Source: Octopus bimaculoides
Lineage: Eukaryota
Direction of reading: 5' to 3'
Length of the DNA stretch: 64,000 nucleotides
Assembly (NCBI RefSeq): GCF_001194135.2
Contig: NC_068999.1
Span: forward strand, 287,700-351,699
Shown here: positions 25,475 through 38,711 of the stretch, piece after piece
Numbering within the stretch: the first letter of the stretch is position 1
Layout: every line of letters starts with the position of its first letter
Translations under genes and position numbers: made by a program
Notes under the pieces: generated by a model
The model's input: the letters and a program-made list of their open reading frames with translations, nothing else
What the model was told of the DNA's origin: nothing
The model's database searches: none

Positions 25475-26339
25475 AGTATGTATGTTTATGTGTGTGATAT
25501 ATATATTCGTGTGAACATATTGCTGGACACATCAATCGTTTAGTAAATTTGCTTCACAATCCCGTCGAGTGTATTTTCTATTGTCGGACTAAATAGCTAA
25601 TTCCCTTGTGCGTATGCTAAGAAAACCTATTCTCTATGATAAATAATACATAAATGTCCTTCCATGGGTGATAATATACTGACATAACAGTCTGTGGTGT
25701 TCTTTTGATGTCGAAATAAATTTGATTTACATTTACTGACACCCTTTATAGAATTGAAATAATTTCGTTATGTTTGATTGTTTGTTGGTTTATTTTGTAG
25801 TTTTTCTTGTTTATTGTCTTCTGCGTCTTCCTGTTCTCCCTCGTCTTCGGTGTCTCTTCACTTCTGACTTCAATCGTAAATTATTTTCCGGTTTATTGTG
25901 AAATAGTAAATGACTAAATGAAATAATTGATGAGTGACTCATTTAAGCCGATTTTTAAATACTCTAATTGACATATCGGTACTGTTCTTTGTGACCTTGA
26001 TGTTGTTATTGCTTGAATAAGTTTGCTCTATGAATATTAAATAAGAAATAATAGCCAAGATGTAAAAACAAACAAAAAAAAAGACTAAAGATCACGTGTG
26101 ACAGATAGAAATTGTTAAAGGTTAGAATACTTATTTCTGATTTTTAATGATTTTGATTGAAAAAAAAAAAAGCAATATTATTTTTACGCTTCCTACACGT
26201 AAGAACACAAAAAAAACCTCTGCCGATCACCAGCAGCTGTATAACAAGTGGAGTACAATAAGCTGCTGGAAGAAGCAGTCAAATCTCTTTGAACAAACCG
26301 TTTTAAAATAAAAAGGTAGAAGGCAATTAGCAATTTCAT

Positions 26340-26790
26340 CCCTGTTATTCTCTCCCTCCATCAATTCATCAAATTTTGAGGTACTTCTTCCATTGGGTTC
26401 TATCAGAAGCAACGGTCATTATATTTTCCGGCTGGATGACCGAGGTGACCAGATGAGACTATGGATAACATTCATTCACCTCGTTCTCAGTCTACCCCCA
26501 GTTTTCTGCTAGTTGACGAGGCTTGACAAATCGGTCTTGTGATTTCTTCCGGCGACTTTCTAATCACTTATCTGTATAACCAGAGTTATAACCTCTTAAT
26601 TCTGAGAAGTAGCGGCTCAGTCTGTAGAAGCCACAAAAATGGCGAAATATCGATATCCACCACTCCAAATCGGATTGAAGGTGAGTTATCTTCGCTATCC
26701 ATGATTCCAATGGTGTATTTTAATACCAGTGACTTGAGAGGTATATACTCTGACACACCATTGCAGCCATCGGAAAATACACAAAATATA
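26340..26790 (-). pseudogene. Possible decayed RTE-type LINE 3' region
   Basis: Scattered minus-strand motifs GIKIHHWN, GRNHKTDLSSL and TVASDRTQWKK. Weak, and an alternative + strand exon ending at AAG|GTGAGT (26680) cannot be excluded. Confidence 0.3.
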
Positions 26791-26813
26791 TATACTAGTA
26801 TATGCATTTAATA

Positions 26814-26853
<40 letters not shown>

Positions 26854-26861
26854 GCGTGTGT

Positions 26862-26903
<42 letters not shown>

Positions 26904-26904
26904 A

Positions 26905-27090
26905 AAATGGGCTTCATTCAGGTTCCGTCTACCAAATCCAAACACAAGGCTTGGTTAGTCCAAGATTATTGGTGCCACACAAAACACTTCAACTTTCCAG
27001 CTCAGGAGGGGTGGAAGCAAAGTTAGCCTACGTGGGATTTGAACACAGAACGTAAAGAGCTGAAATAAATACCACAAAATGCGGGACAAC
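26905..27090 (-). mobile_element. Adjacent degenerate SINE fragments (family B then family A)
   Basis: GGGCTTCATTCAGGTTCCGTCTACCAAATCC and GGGATTTGAACACAGAACGTAAAGA motifs. Confidence 0.6.
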
Positions 27091-27149
27091 CAACCGACTT
27101 CAATCAAATAATTAGCCAAAGACAAGGTGACGTTGCTCAACAGCTATCA

Positions 27150-27800
27150 CGTAACTATTCCTCCAATCATTTTCATCTTTCTTTCATTCTTACTTTGTTT
27201 CTTTCCTTCCTTCTTACCACCTTTATTAGTTTCTTTCCTTCCTTCTTTTCTTTTCTCTTTCCCTCCTTCCTTTTTTTTCTTCCTTCCTTTTTTCTTTCTT
27301 TCCTTCTTTCTTCTTTACTATTTTCAGATTTTCATTTTCTCTCCTTTCCTTCCAACTTCATAATTCACGTTCATTTTCTTTCTTTTCTTCTTAATCTTCC
27401 TTCATCCTCCTCTACCCTCTTCCTTTATTTTCCTTCTCTTTCATCTTCCTTTTGCATATTCTACTTCATCTTCGCTCTCCATCTTCATTCTTCTTATTCT
27501 TCATTCATCGTCATTTCCTTCATCTTCATTCTCCAACTTTATCTTCATTCTTCATCTTTTTCTTCTTCCTTTTTCATCATCCTTTTTCTTCTTATTCTTC
27601 CTCTTCATTCTACTTCTTCCGCTTCGTCTTCATATTTTTTGCTTCTTCATTTTTCTTCTTCTGCTTCTTCCTCTTCATTCTTCAACTTTTTCGTCTTTTT
27701 CATTCTTTTGCTTCGTCTTTTTCTCCTTTTTCTTCTCCTCCTCCTCCTTCTTCGTCTTCTCTTCTTTCTGCTCTTTCCTCTTTAGTTTCTTCTTAATGCC
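27150..27800. repeat. ~650-bp polypyrimidine (CTT/TTTC-rich) low-complexity tract
   Basis: Almost exclusively C/T on the + strand. It explains the F/L/S-rich ORFs at 27127-27796. Confidence 0.9.
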
Positions 27801-28004
27801 ATCATTTTCGTTCTTAATTTTATTTTATTATACTTTATTTATTTCATTCTGTATTATTTTATGTTAATATATTTTTGTTATTTATTCCAAAGCCAATCAG
27901 GATTGCTTGGAAGTGAAGAGCAATCACTACAGGAAATCAAAGACTAAAAGAGACCATTTAAATGCTAAACAGCATGGAAGATTTAATCTTGGAGTGTTTT
28001 ACAG

Positions 28005-29040
28005 AAGGCAATCATTCACATGGAGATTATTGGAGAGAAGAAGGACAACGACAGCAGCGACCGAATATGGATGACAGCTGATTCTAGACAGCAACAACTG
28101 ACACCACCACCACCGCTAGCATCTCATCCAACCATCACTACCACAACAATCATCATCAATGCCACCATCATCATCATCCACAACACCATCACTGGCACCA
28201 CCTCCACTAATGCTACCATCCCAGCAGTACCACACCATTCCACCATCACCACCACCAACAACAACGTCCACCACCCACAACGTCGGCCAGCCTATCAATG
28301 CTACGACGACGACCACCACTACCACCACCTCCCAAGCAACAACAAATGCCTTTATCGTCACCATCACATCCACTAAAAGTCACCATAACACCACCACAAG
28401 TATTATCATCACCGCTGCACCGGCCGCATTCACCAATACCTTTACCAACTCCACAAGTTCCGCTACCATTATCACCGCCACCACCAACAACAGCAGTACA
28501 ACCACCACCACCACCACCACCACAACCTCCATCACCTATACCCACTTCATCACTACAAAAGCAACAACTACCACCACCACCACCCCACCACCATCACCAC
28601 AATCACCAATAGCAGCGAATCGAAAGACTCCAGGCTATCAAGAAAGAACATCTACTCACCTCCCCCTACTACCAACACCTTCACTATCCCATCGAGAATC
28701 CTACCCTTACACCCCACCAGTAGCAAAATCTACCACCTGCTCCGTCACCACACTCATGAATGGTACCCAGAATAACTCGAACCGTGTCCAACTCCTAACC
28801 CCTACGCAAGCAACAACACTACACCCACCGCCATCTCACACTCCAACAGCAGCCGACATTTCACCACGAACAAGAGAAACACCACCACCACCTACCTCCA
28901 TCAAGACAGACACCACCCGCAACACCGTCCTCTGCTCTACAACTAACACACCAACGACGACAACACCGATGCCAAGCAGCGAAACTACCACCAACACAAC
29001 AATCACCACCGGCAGCGAAAACTCTACTGCTAACAAGTAA
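28005..29040 (+). other. A/C-rich tract with a long Thr/Pro/Ser-rich open frame (mucin-like); coding status uncertain
   Basis: ORF 28159-29040 (293 aa) with a non-repetitive segment at 28620-28990. The upstream frame 28005-28260 would join it with one indel. T-poor sequence yields long ORFs by chance. Confidence 0.3.
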
Positions 29041-29464
29041 AATACCACCACCACCACCACCACTGCCACCACCAGTAACAACAACACTAACATCAACAAA
29101 ACCTCTTTGTATTATTTAAATACACATGTCTGATTGTCATCGAAATATTCATAGTGAGGCTTCGATAGAATACTAAACATGGTCAAACTGTGAACTGAAC
29201 AATTCTTCACAATTGTTCCCATTGTTTCCTTGCCAACGCAAAGAATGGCCCTGCATCATATATGGAAATGCATCAATTTCTAAATGGCATTTTAATTTAC
29301 AGGTTTGAAAATAGTGTCACTACTTATGGTGGTTGTATTGCTGTGTTAGTGGTGATGGAAAAGTGATGGTGGTGGTGATTGTGGCAACGGTAGAGAGGAA
29401 GAACGATAAATATATAATACACGACCATACATACACACACGAATAATTATCACTGGTTCAGGAA

Positions 29465-29500
29465 CAACTGAAGAGGTGGGTGATCACCGAAACATCCAGA
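29465..29500 (+). ncRNA. Hammerhead core remnant
   Basis: CTGAAGA-GGTG(GGTGAT)CACC-GAAA-CATC. The core and stem II are canonical, but no stem I was found. Confidence 0.4.
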
Positions 29501-29895
29501 CGCCTCACCTTAGAGAAAATTTTCCTGCTTTATCCAGATGAGATTGACATATGAGATCAACTTTTTTACGACTGACGAAAATCATCGGTTATCTTATACT
29601 GTACACACTTATCGATTCAATATTACGCTATTATAAACTAATATTTAATGCTTCGGCCTTTGTAGTGCATCGACATCAAAGAGACTGAAACTTAGAGGCC
29701 GCTGTTAAACCTCTCCGTGTAAAAATTGATAAGCACGATACGATTCTAAGAAGTATTGAGTGTCACGTCTGTTTAATGTCCACTGATTTTGTACATTACT
29801 TAAAAAAAACATACACACTCACGCACATATGCACACACACACACAGGCATATATATGCGCACATACACATGAATATTATGAGTCTTTTCATACGA

Positions 29896-30038
29896 CTGTC
29901 TGATGATCGTTTACGTGAAACCCCGAGAAACAATGAATGAAGTTTTTTTCAGATTCATTAAAATAGAATTTTACTTTACCTTTGGTATTTGAGTACGATT
30001 GCCCCATCTTTTGCACATATGTACTCCTATGTATATAT
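29896..30038 (+). mobile_element. PLE pLTR remnant, family P2, with degenerate hammerhead
   Basis: CTGT-CTGATGA-TCG(TTTA)CGT-GAAA-CCCCGAG-AA-ACA, followed by TTACTTTACCTTTGGTATTTGAGTAC, which is homologous to the arms at 42154-42428. Ends at TATATAT. Confidence 0.65.
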
Positions 30039-32054
30039 CGATAAAAGATCTTCTAAACGCGCAGAGTAACGGGGGTTTGTTGTTATACGTTGGTTGTTGC
30101 AAGCAATGATACTGTTTAGATTGTAATGTAATAACTAGGACATAATGCAGTCTAGATAAGAATAGTTGATCAGTTACATCTGTTCCTCGGAGGCCACTGA
30201 GCTTGTATCACGCTACACGTGTACGAGATTCCTTCATGTTACTTATGCTTTTATAACTGTATTATCCCTTCCTGTCGCACACTATTTCATTCAGTTCTGC
30301 CTTCCCAAAACATCGAACCTCTGGATGAGATGCTCTGCTAGCTCGTATTTTTAGTGCAGCTTTTGACCTGCAAGTTAAAGCGAAACATTAACGTTTTCAA
30401 TCTCACCTCCTCAAAGTGTCTGTGAAGGTCTCGTGTACAATCCATTCCTCCAAATATGAGTTATAATCTCCTTGATTCAGCATCATAGTCGTAATGTCAT
30501 AGATGTAACCACATTGTTGAAATAGAATTAAATAAAATCTACTTAATTCATTGTTAGAATAAAATATTATTCGAAATTCCTGACGTCTAAAACATTTTTA
30601 TTTACATGTTCTGATTGACTGAAGATAAATCTATAATCAGATTTTATCACTTGAGACTAACATCAGAATTTAAAATCGATTTGTGTCTGTGTGTATACTC
30701 AGAAGATAAGCAATCTCAGATTTGGTGAGCAGTTCTTTACTGCTGACAATTCGAATTCCCATTTTTTTTTTTTTTGTTAAATGTGCAGTAAGTTCTAATG
30801 CCAGCAATGTTAGTTGTGCCTTTCATCCTTCTGGGGTCATAAAATAATGTGACTGTCCTGAGCAAAGGATTAGTCGAGTTATGAGACAACCTACGCTTAT
30901 ATATAAATTTTAACACGGATACGTTTGATAGTGACCTCGAACTTTCGATTTCAGAACTGTCATTAAACAGTGATTTTCTGTGATTCTTTCTTGCTTATAT
31001 ATTTGGTTGGTTGTTATTTTGTTGGAGTAATATGAATAAGAATTATGTAAAGCGGAAGTAGATTTAGGAAGTGGTAGTGTAGGAAGCAGAGGAGGAAATA
31101 GAAAAAAAAAAGAGGAGGGAACTACGTGTTTGCAGGGGTAGATAAAGTCGTATAATGAAGAGAGTTACTTTGATTTGATACAGCGATTTTGATATCATTT
31201 ACGTTTCATTCATATAAGAAGGTGAAAAAATAAACTCTGCCATATGCAGGTAGCGACCATCTTTGAAAATAAAAATGATTTTTATCTCGTTTTAGTGTTT
31301 ACAAAACAATTATTAGGGATAAAACAATTGTTTGCACCAGTGAGGTCTAGCTGAAGTTGAAGTTTGTGTTTATCTTTTCTGTCCAGAAATTTTAAACTTC
31401 GACCGAAGTGATTGTGTTGTTATAAACAGTCATTAGGCTTTTCAAATCTGCATATACTTGTTGCAATTTCTAGCTATAATACAAAATAAATGCAGCCCTC
31501 TCCTCTTCGTTTTCTGTACTCTGTCTACTCTATGTAAATCCGGTCTGGCTTTGACACGAATGCTCATCATTTGAATTTTTTCAGTTTTTGTTTCTTTGTT
31601 TATTGAAATCATTATCTCTCACCTGGACTCATCTTATAGATATTCTTTAAATCACGGACTTAGTCCTCGATGAAGATAAATAGTAAATTCAAATCATTTG
31701 AGTACTACAACGAGTTTTCTATATCGAGCATTTCTGAATCTCACCTGTTGACTCTCTCTCTCTTTCTCTCTCCATCCCTCTGTACACACACATAGACACA
31801 CATGCATACATATACATTGATATACAAGACAATGATAAGATCCATTGGTCCAAGTGCAGGAAATTGGTAAACATCAAGTAGTCTGTGGCAAGTATAGAAA
31901 ACGAAAAGTGGACCGTGTACGGCCAAGAACAATAACAATTTATTGCTGTCGAGTGCTACGCAGTTTTTCCCACATCGAAGTTACGAGGAAATTCGATAAG
32001 CTGAAAGTTTCTCTCTAGCTCACGGTCAGCAATGAGTTGCAATGAACGCCTGAT

Positions 32055-32093
<39 letters not shown>

Positions 32094-32545
32094 GTAAATT
32101 TGTGAGCGTGCGCATGTATATAAATTTATGAATGTATTTGTATATCAATTTATTCTATATATTTTTTTGTTTATTAAAGGTATCAAAACTTTTGATGATA
32201 AGAACTGCTACACCTCAAATCGAACCCCGTATTACTGCATACATATTTCATTTCCTCTTTGATAATGGTAATTCCTTGGAAATATGAATAATGTGACAAA
32301 TTCCGGTTTGATTCTGGTAACTGAACTGTAAAATACCGAGTGCTATCTCGGTACGATTCCACGTCAGTTTTCACAGAGCATGGAAAACAGATGAGAGATG
32401 GGGGAAAAAGAGGTAAGTTGAGGGGCGAAGGAAAAAAAAAATGAGACGTGACTCTGGTGAGAAGAAAAAGTAGGAATGGTGAGTATTACAAAAGTATGAG
32501 TGTTATGTATGGGTGGCTGTGTGAGACACACAGACAGAAACTCCT

Positions 32546-32580
<35 letters not shown>

Positions 32581-33324
32581 AAGAGAGAGAGAGAGAGAGA
32601 AAGATGGATGGATAAATAGATTGATGGAGAATAGACATAGATAAACAAAGTAGTTAGGTGGGTAGGTAGGTTGGTTTGTAGATAAGTAGATAGAGAAAGG
32701 GAGGGAGGGAGAGAGAGAGGGGGATGCAGGGGGAGAGAGGGAGAGGCAGGGGGAGAAAGAGAGCGAGAGAAAGATTCTCAGATATTGTTAAATGGGGACG
32801 AACATAGACAGAAATAGATAGAAGAAGCAAGAAAATAAATACCCCCCCCCCATAAAAATAAAACAAAGCAAAACAAGAAATTCTATTGATTCGCTCTAGT
32901 TTCGTCTTAGAATAAGGCAATCATGAAATAACATTGATTACATCCAAAATGATTACATTAATCCAATACATTTGTAATACACCTCTTGCTATGCTTCGTA
33001 TGCGAAATTGTAGCCTGTGTCTCGTCGTTCGGATTGCTAAAAATAGCACCTAAATCTTCACAAAATCACATGTTACGAGTAATGCACAACATTACTCATA
33101 TTCGCGGCACCAATAAATGAAATGGATCTCCGTCGTTTCGACGATGACCACCGAGTTACTTTCTAATTAAATTTATATCTCTCTAAGTATTGTCATATGT
33201 ACCCTTAACTTTATGCATACACAGAACCAGTGTAACACTGTGTGTATGAGAGTGTTGCTACTCTTCATTTAACGGCCACACCCGGTCAGATCGCGTTCAT
33301 TCACAAGGTTTGGATCGATACGAC

Positions 33325-33510
33325 ACTATCTTTAATCTTTTACTTGTTTCAGTTATTCGTATGCGGCCATGCTGGGCTATCGTCTTGAAAGGTTGTAGCC
33401 AAACTTATCAACTTAATCTTTTAATGTCTGGCACTTAATGTATCGGTTTCGATAGCTGAACCTCTAAGTCAACACCGATTACCAAGCAGATGACTGGGGA
33501 ACACAAAAGG
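33325..33510 (-). mobile_element. 3' half of family B SINE
   Basis: CTTTTACTTGTTTCAGTTATTCGTATGCGGCCATGCTGGG is the reverse complement of the family B tail. Confidence 0.75.
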
Positions 33511-33739
33511 CCCAAAGACACTTACATACGCGCGTGCGCCCACTTCCGCGCGGACATAACGTCAACAAGTGTGTACGGGAAGGTCAGCTTCGGAATGTCT
33601 CTGATCACAGGTCTGTTCCAACTGGCTTAACCTGCCACAAAATAGCATTACACGCATTACACACATGCACTGCAAGCCAAGTTTTACGGTATGGTCAGGA
33701 ATGCTGTTGCTGATAACAAGTCTACTCCAACAAGAACAA

Positions 33740-33797
33740 AGCTATGGTTAATGACATCCCAATTAAACAGCTATGGTTAATGACATCCCAATTAAAC
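33740..33797. repeat. Perfect 29-bp tandem duplication
   Basis: AGCTATGGTTAATGACATCCCAATTAAAC occurs twice, followed by AGC. Confidence 0.95.
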
Positions 33798-34444
33798 AGC
33801 GTCATTAGCACTAGATACACTCACACGCACGCACATCCACAAATAAGCACCCACATTGATCCGATGTGAAATAGAAGACAAATTTGCCGTGTATGTGTGC
33901 GTATGTGTGTGTGCGTATTGCATCATCAGCATTATTGGTACGATTGCCCATGGAAGTGATGTACAGCTGTAAGGACTGGAATAGAGAAACAGAAGATTTC
34001 CGCCATATTGCAAACTTCAGCAGAAATCTATTTCTTATTGGATGTAAAATTTGTCAACTTAGCAAATTTTTGCAGCAAAGAGAACGGAAGAAATCCTATC
34101 GAACTAAAAAATGTAACATCACACACTTCCGGGAAATATTTTTCTGAAGAAAATGTCTACGAATACGTGATTCCACTTTGAGTTTGAGATATTTTTTCTT
34201 ATTCATTTTAGTTTTCGGTAAATACAGAGGTTAGGTTTCTAAGAAGATAAAAAAATACAGCAATCTTTTATGAATCAAAGGCCTTCTCTAGCATTTAGAT
34301 TCTGTGTAGTTAGTGACCGTATTTTAGAGTGATGGAGTTGAAAGGCATTGGAATAATGATTGTAATCTTAAGCTTTGGATGACAGTAGAAGAGAAAAATG
34401 TCATAGAATGTATGCTGCATCTAGATTGATATAAATAATAATAA

Positions 34445-34661
34445 TTTCAAATTTTGTCAGATAGACAGACATTTTTTTTTGGTGTGGGAGGAAATGTGTC
34501 GATAATATTGATCCTAGTGTTCAACTGGTACTTTATTTATCGATCCTAAAAGGGTGAAGGGCAAAGTCGACCTCAGCGGAATTTGAACTCAGAACGTAGC
34601 GACGCGCGAACTGCCGGTAAGAATTTCGCCCGGTGTGCTAACAAATCTGCCAGCTCACCGC
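34445..34661 (-). mobile_element. Full-length SINE (family A)
   Basis: CAACTGGTACTTTATTTATCGATCC..GCAAAGTCGACCTCAGCGGAATTTGAACTCAGAACGTAG..GTGCTAACAAATCTGCCAGCTCACCGCC. Confidence 0.9.
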
Positions 34662-35400
34662 CTCAACAACAGCAACAACAACAAAAAACACTACTACTAC
34701 TACTACTACTACTAATAATAATAATAATAATAATTTATGCCCAGAAGCAGTACCAGGCAGTGGCTCTCATGGCTTTTGATCTTAACTGTTTGGAAGTGTT
34801 ATCATGTATCTGTTACATAGGATGTATGAAGCTGACGGAGGTCGTGATTGTAGTTGAATGCAATTAGAACTAAATATTTGTCTGACAGGCGACTGAAATT
34901 GTGAAAGAGAAAAAGAAAAGAGAAGGATACAAAAAAAATAAAAATAAAAATGAAGTTTTTTTGGCAAATGTAGGCGATTCTGTCTCCGACGCTACAATAT
35001 ATCTAAGGTGACAGAATATATAATAATAATTTAAATTATAGTATCATATTACTATGAATTATTCACAATTTCATTTGAGTTGAGAATAAAAATGATTTGA
35101 AGAAAGATTCAACTCAATAATAAAACTTCACAATATACTGAAATTTAATTTGCAGTAAGAAAATTTCAGGATCACAATCACCTGACGTCATATGTAGCAC
35201 TAATTAAATACATGTATGCTTACATACACACATTCATGCAAACATACATCCACATCCACATAGATATACGTGTGTATGTGTGTGTGTGTGTGTGTGTGTA
35301 CATGTGTTGTCTTTTATGCTACGTTATATATTCAAAAAGCAGTTCAACAATAGACCGAATGGTATACTATGATTATTAAACTTTTACAAGGAAAAGGTTG

Positions 35401-35441
35401 ACAGTGTTGTCGAGGTTTTTGGTTGCCTGCCTTCGTCAGAC

Positions 35442-35444
<3 letters not shown>
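35401..35444 (-). ncRNA. Degenerate hammerhead-like motif
   Basis: Minus strand reads ACAGT-CTGACGA-A-GG(CAGGCAA)CC-AAAA-ACCTCGACAAC-ACTGT. Stem I (5 bp) and the core are intact, while GAAA and stem III are decayed. Confidence 0.4.
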
Positions 35445-35516
<72 letters not shown>

Positions 35517-35584
35517 ATATATATATATATATATATAGTATTAATTAATAGTAGGAGATGGATTTCGTAGTAGACTTTTATTAG

Positions 35585-35629
35585 GTACAGCATATGTTTC
35601 GACCCATCAGTCTGGGTCTCTTCAGGTAT
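35585..35629 (-). ncRNA. Hammerhead ribozyme candidate (canonical core)
   Basis: Minus strand reads ATAC-CTGAAGA-GACCC(AGACTGAT)GGGTC-GAAA-CATATG-CT-GTAC. Stem II is a perfect 5 bp and CATATG is palindromic. It is followed by AATAAAAG and then (TA)n. Confidence 0.55.
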
Positions 35630-35954
35630 TTTCATAAAGAAGTTTCACTAGACATTGTTAGTGTCGGCTGGCTAGTTGGTACATGCACATAAAGTTAGGG
35701 AATGAATAAATGCAAATAATATTGAAACACAAAAAAAAAAAAAAAATCAAATGTGAAGGTGGAAATCTTGCNNNNNNNNNNGCGTTCCAGTTTAGGTAAA
35801 ATGATCCGATCAGCTTTCGCTGTCAAAATGGCTTCCAGGAAAAAGAACGTAAGAGAAAGAAAGATTAATACTTAGACATGTTCGTGCATATACATACAGA
35901 GGAACAGACACAAATATACATTTATACACATACACACGTATATACGTACCTCCC

Positions 35955-35995
<41 letters not shown>

Positions 35996-36070
35996 TATGC
36001 ACACATATATACACACGTATATATATATATGTATACATACATATATAGATAGATACATAGATAGATAGGT

Positions 36071-36111
<41 letters not shown>

Positions 36112-37372
36112 TTTATATATGCAAGTACACATCCGCATATACATATATATATATACACACATACATAAAGATGCATATAGATACGTATATGTATGTTTGT
36201 ATATATGTATGTATATATGTATGCATGTATGTATATATTTATGTCCATACAAGCATGTTTAGCTTTACAAATTAGGATTATTTCAGTATGTTCATACAAA
36301 CAAACGGGCAGATATAAATATATACACATTATGTGTATATATAAAAAAATATATATGTGTGTGTGTATAAACATTCACAGATAGAAAAATAGATAGATTC
36401 AGAGATTGATAAACAGAGAGATCTAACGCTAAATAAACATTGCATTGTAAACGAACTTCAATAACATCTGAAGAAAGCATTGTTTTATGAGAGAAAAAAA
36501 AACCCCAGAGAGATAATGCAAAAACAAATAAATATACAGCAAATATATTGAAACAATTTGCTTAGTTTCTTGCAACGAGACATTAGATTACACACACACA
36601 CATGTATATACTCATATTCATACGTATACATAATTAAACACTGACAGTCACACACACACACGCGCGCAATATATGTGTGTGTCTTTGTATATATGTATGT
36701 ATATATACATAAATATGTATACATACATAAATATATGCTTATGTAACGATATATATTTATGCATAAATGCATAGATATATATATATGTTTATGTAAAGGT
36801 ATATATATATATATATATATATACATGCATGCATACACATAAATATATACACAGGTTAAAAACTAATCACACACCTGCAGGTGTAAAAATCGACGTTCAG
36901 AAACAAGTATATACACACACACACACACACACACACAGTCACTAACATAAAGTACACAAAAAGATACGCTCAGATACCCATAAATATAAATGTATACACG
37001 CACATATTTATGGATGCATGTTTACACCAACCATTATTAATAAACAAGAACAATGAGAAATCTTCAGCGATAAACAGACACACACACACACGAAAGTCTC
37101 CATTGCTACTGCCTGTCTATCTGTTTGTTCGTCTGATAGTTATTCATAAAGAAAACTTCACATTTACATACATTGAAATTAGTCTTATGTAAAACAAACA
37201 CACGCAACAATGGGCTGTGTACGTTCTTGTTTGATGAATGTATGCTTCACCAACGCCTATTGATCTTTGCAAAGAGAATAAAGCAGCCCAGTTTTATGAA
37301 GATACATTTTCCATTTTAATTAATATTAAGATAATAGCAAAAAATATACACAAGCAAATATACTGAGCTGAC

Positions 37373-37448
<76 letters not shown>

Positions 37449-37799
37449 GGAGATAGAAGTGAAGACAGACGCGTACGTGAACACAGACCCACACAAAGAC
37501 ATAGATATGCGTTTTTCTAACCTCACCAATCACTCACCACACCAAGATTCTATTGAAGAACTTAGGTTTGTCAGAGCCTTTGTTTTCTTTTTCTGCATAT
37601 ATATGTAATGGCATATAATTATTAATATATAAATAAACAAATATATATAGATATGAATGTGTGTATGTATGTATATACATACATATACACAAAAACATAT
37701 ACGCACATATATATGTATGTGTATGCATGTGTGTATATATATATATATATACACATACATACATACAAGCATATAGAGAAGACAAAGACATATGCAATC

Positions 37800-37842
<43 letters not shown>

Positions 37843-38139
37843 CACATATATACAAATATATTGATACATATATTTGAACACAGCCTCACACAGACATTAG
37901 TAGATAGATATATAGATAGATACATAAGTACATACATACACACACATACATACATGCATACATACATACATATACACACATGCATACATTCATTCATTCA
38001 TACATGCATACACTTATATTTCCATGTATCGCATATATATCCGCCTGTGTGTCTTTATCTGCATGGTTCTGTGCGTAGAGTTTGCTCGATTCAAACTTCT
38101 TCATCGACCTCCAGCAGAAAACCTCATTCATTTATTTAG

Positions 38140-38215
38140 CAATCATAAATCCATGGACCGATGCAAACATCGAGAAATACGGCGGCATCTGTGTGCAGGA
38201 GCCTCGTGTGAGGAT
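38140..38215 (+). CDS. Candidate internal coding exon (76 nt)
   Basis: Acceptor cctcattcatttatttAG, donor GAT|GTAAGA, CpG-rich. Open frames are NHKSMDRCKHREIRRHLCAGASCED (phase 2 to 0) or IINPWTDANIEKYGGICVQEPRVR (phase 1 to 2). Confidence 0.45.
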
Positions 38216-38482
38216 GTAAGATATATTATAGAAGAACAAGATATTTATTGATTATACAGTCTGAGTCATCAGGTTTGTACTCTAACAGCAGCTGGTACTA
38301 CACAACTATGGATATATTCAGACTTATTTACACACACATGCACACACGTATGCATGTACGTATATACGGAATACTTAATGAATCCCTACCAACTGCAGAC
38401 ATGCACACATACACATGCATGTTTATATCTGTCATTCTCTCAATATTTTCTCTACAGCTATCTATCTATCTATCTATCTATA

Positions 38483-38535
<53 letters not shown>

Positions 38536-38666
38536 NNNNNNNNNNNNNNNNNNNNNNNNNNNNNNNNNNNNNNNNNNNNNNNNNNNNNNNNNNNNNNNNN
38601 NNNNNNNNNNNNNNNNNNNNNNNNNNNNNNNNNNNNNNNNNNNNNNNNNNNNNNNNNNNNNNNNNN

Positions 38667-38711
<45 letters not shown>

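Noticed and set aside
30619-30648. CTGAAGA followed by a GATAAATCT/AGATTTTATC hairpin
   Set aside because: There is no GAAA or stem III, and it is an AT-rich hairpin compatible with chance.
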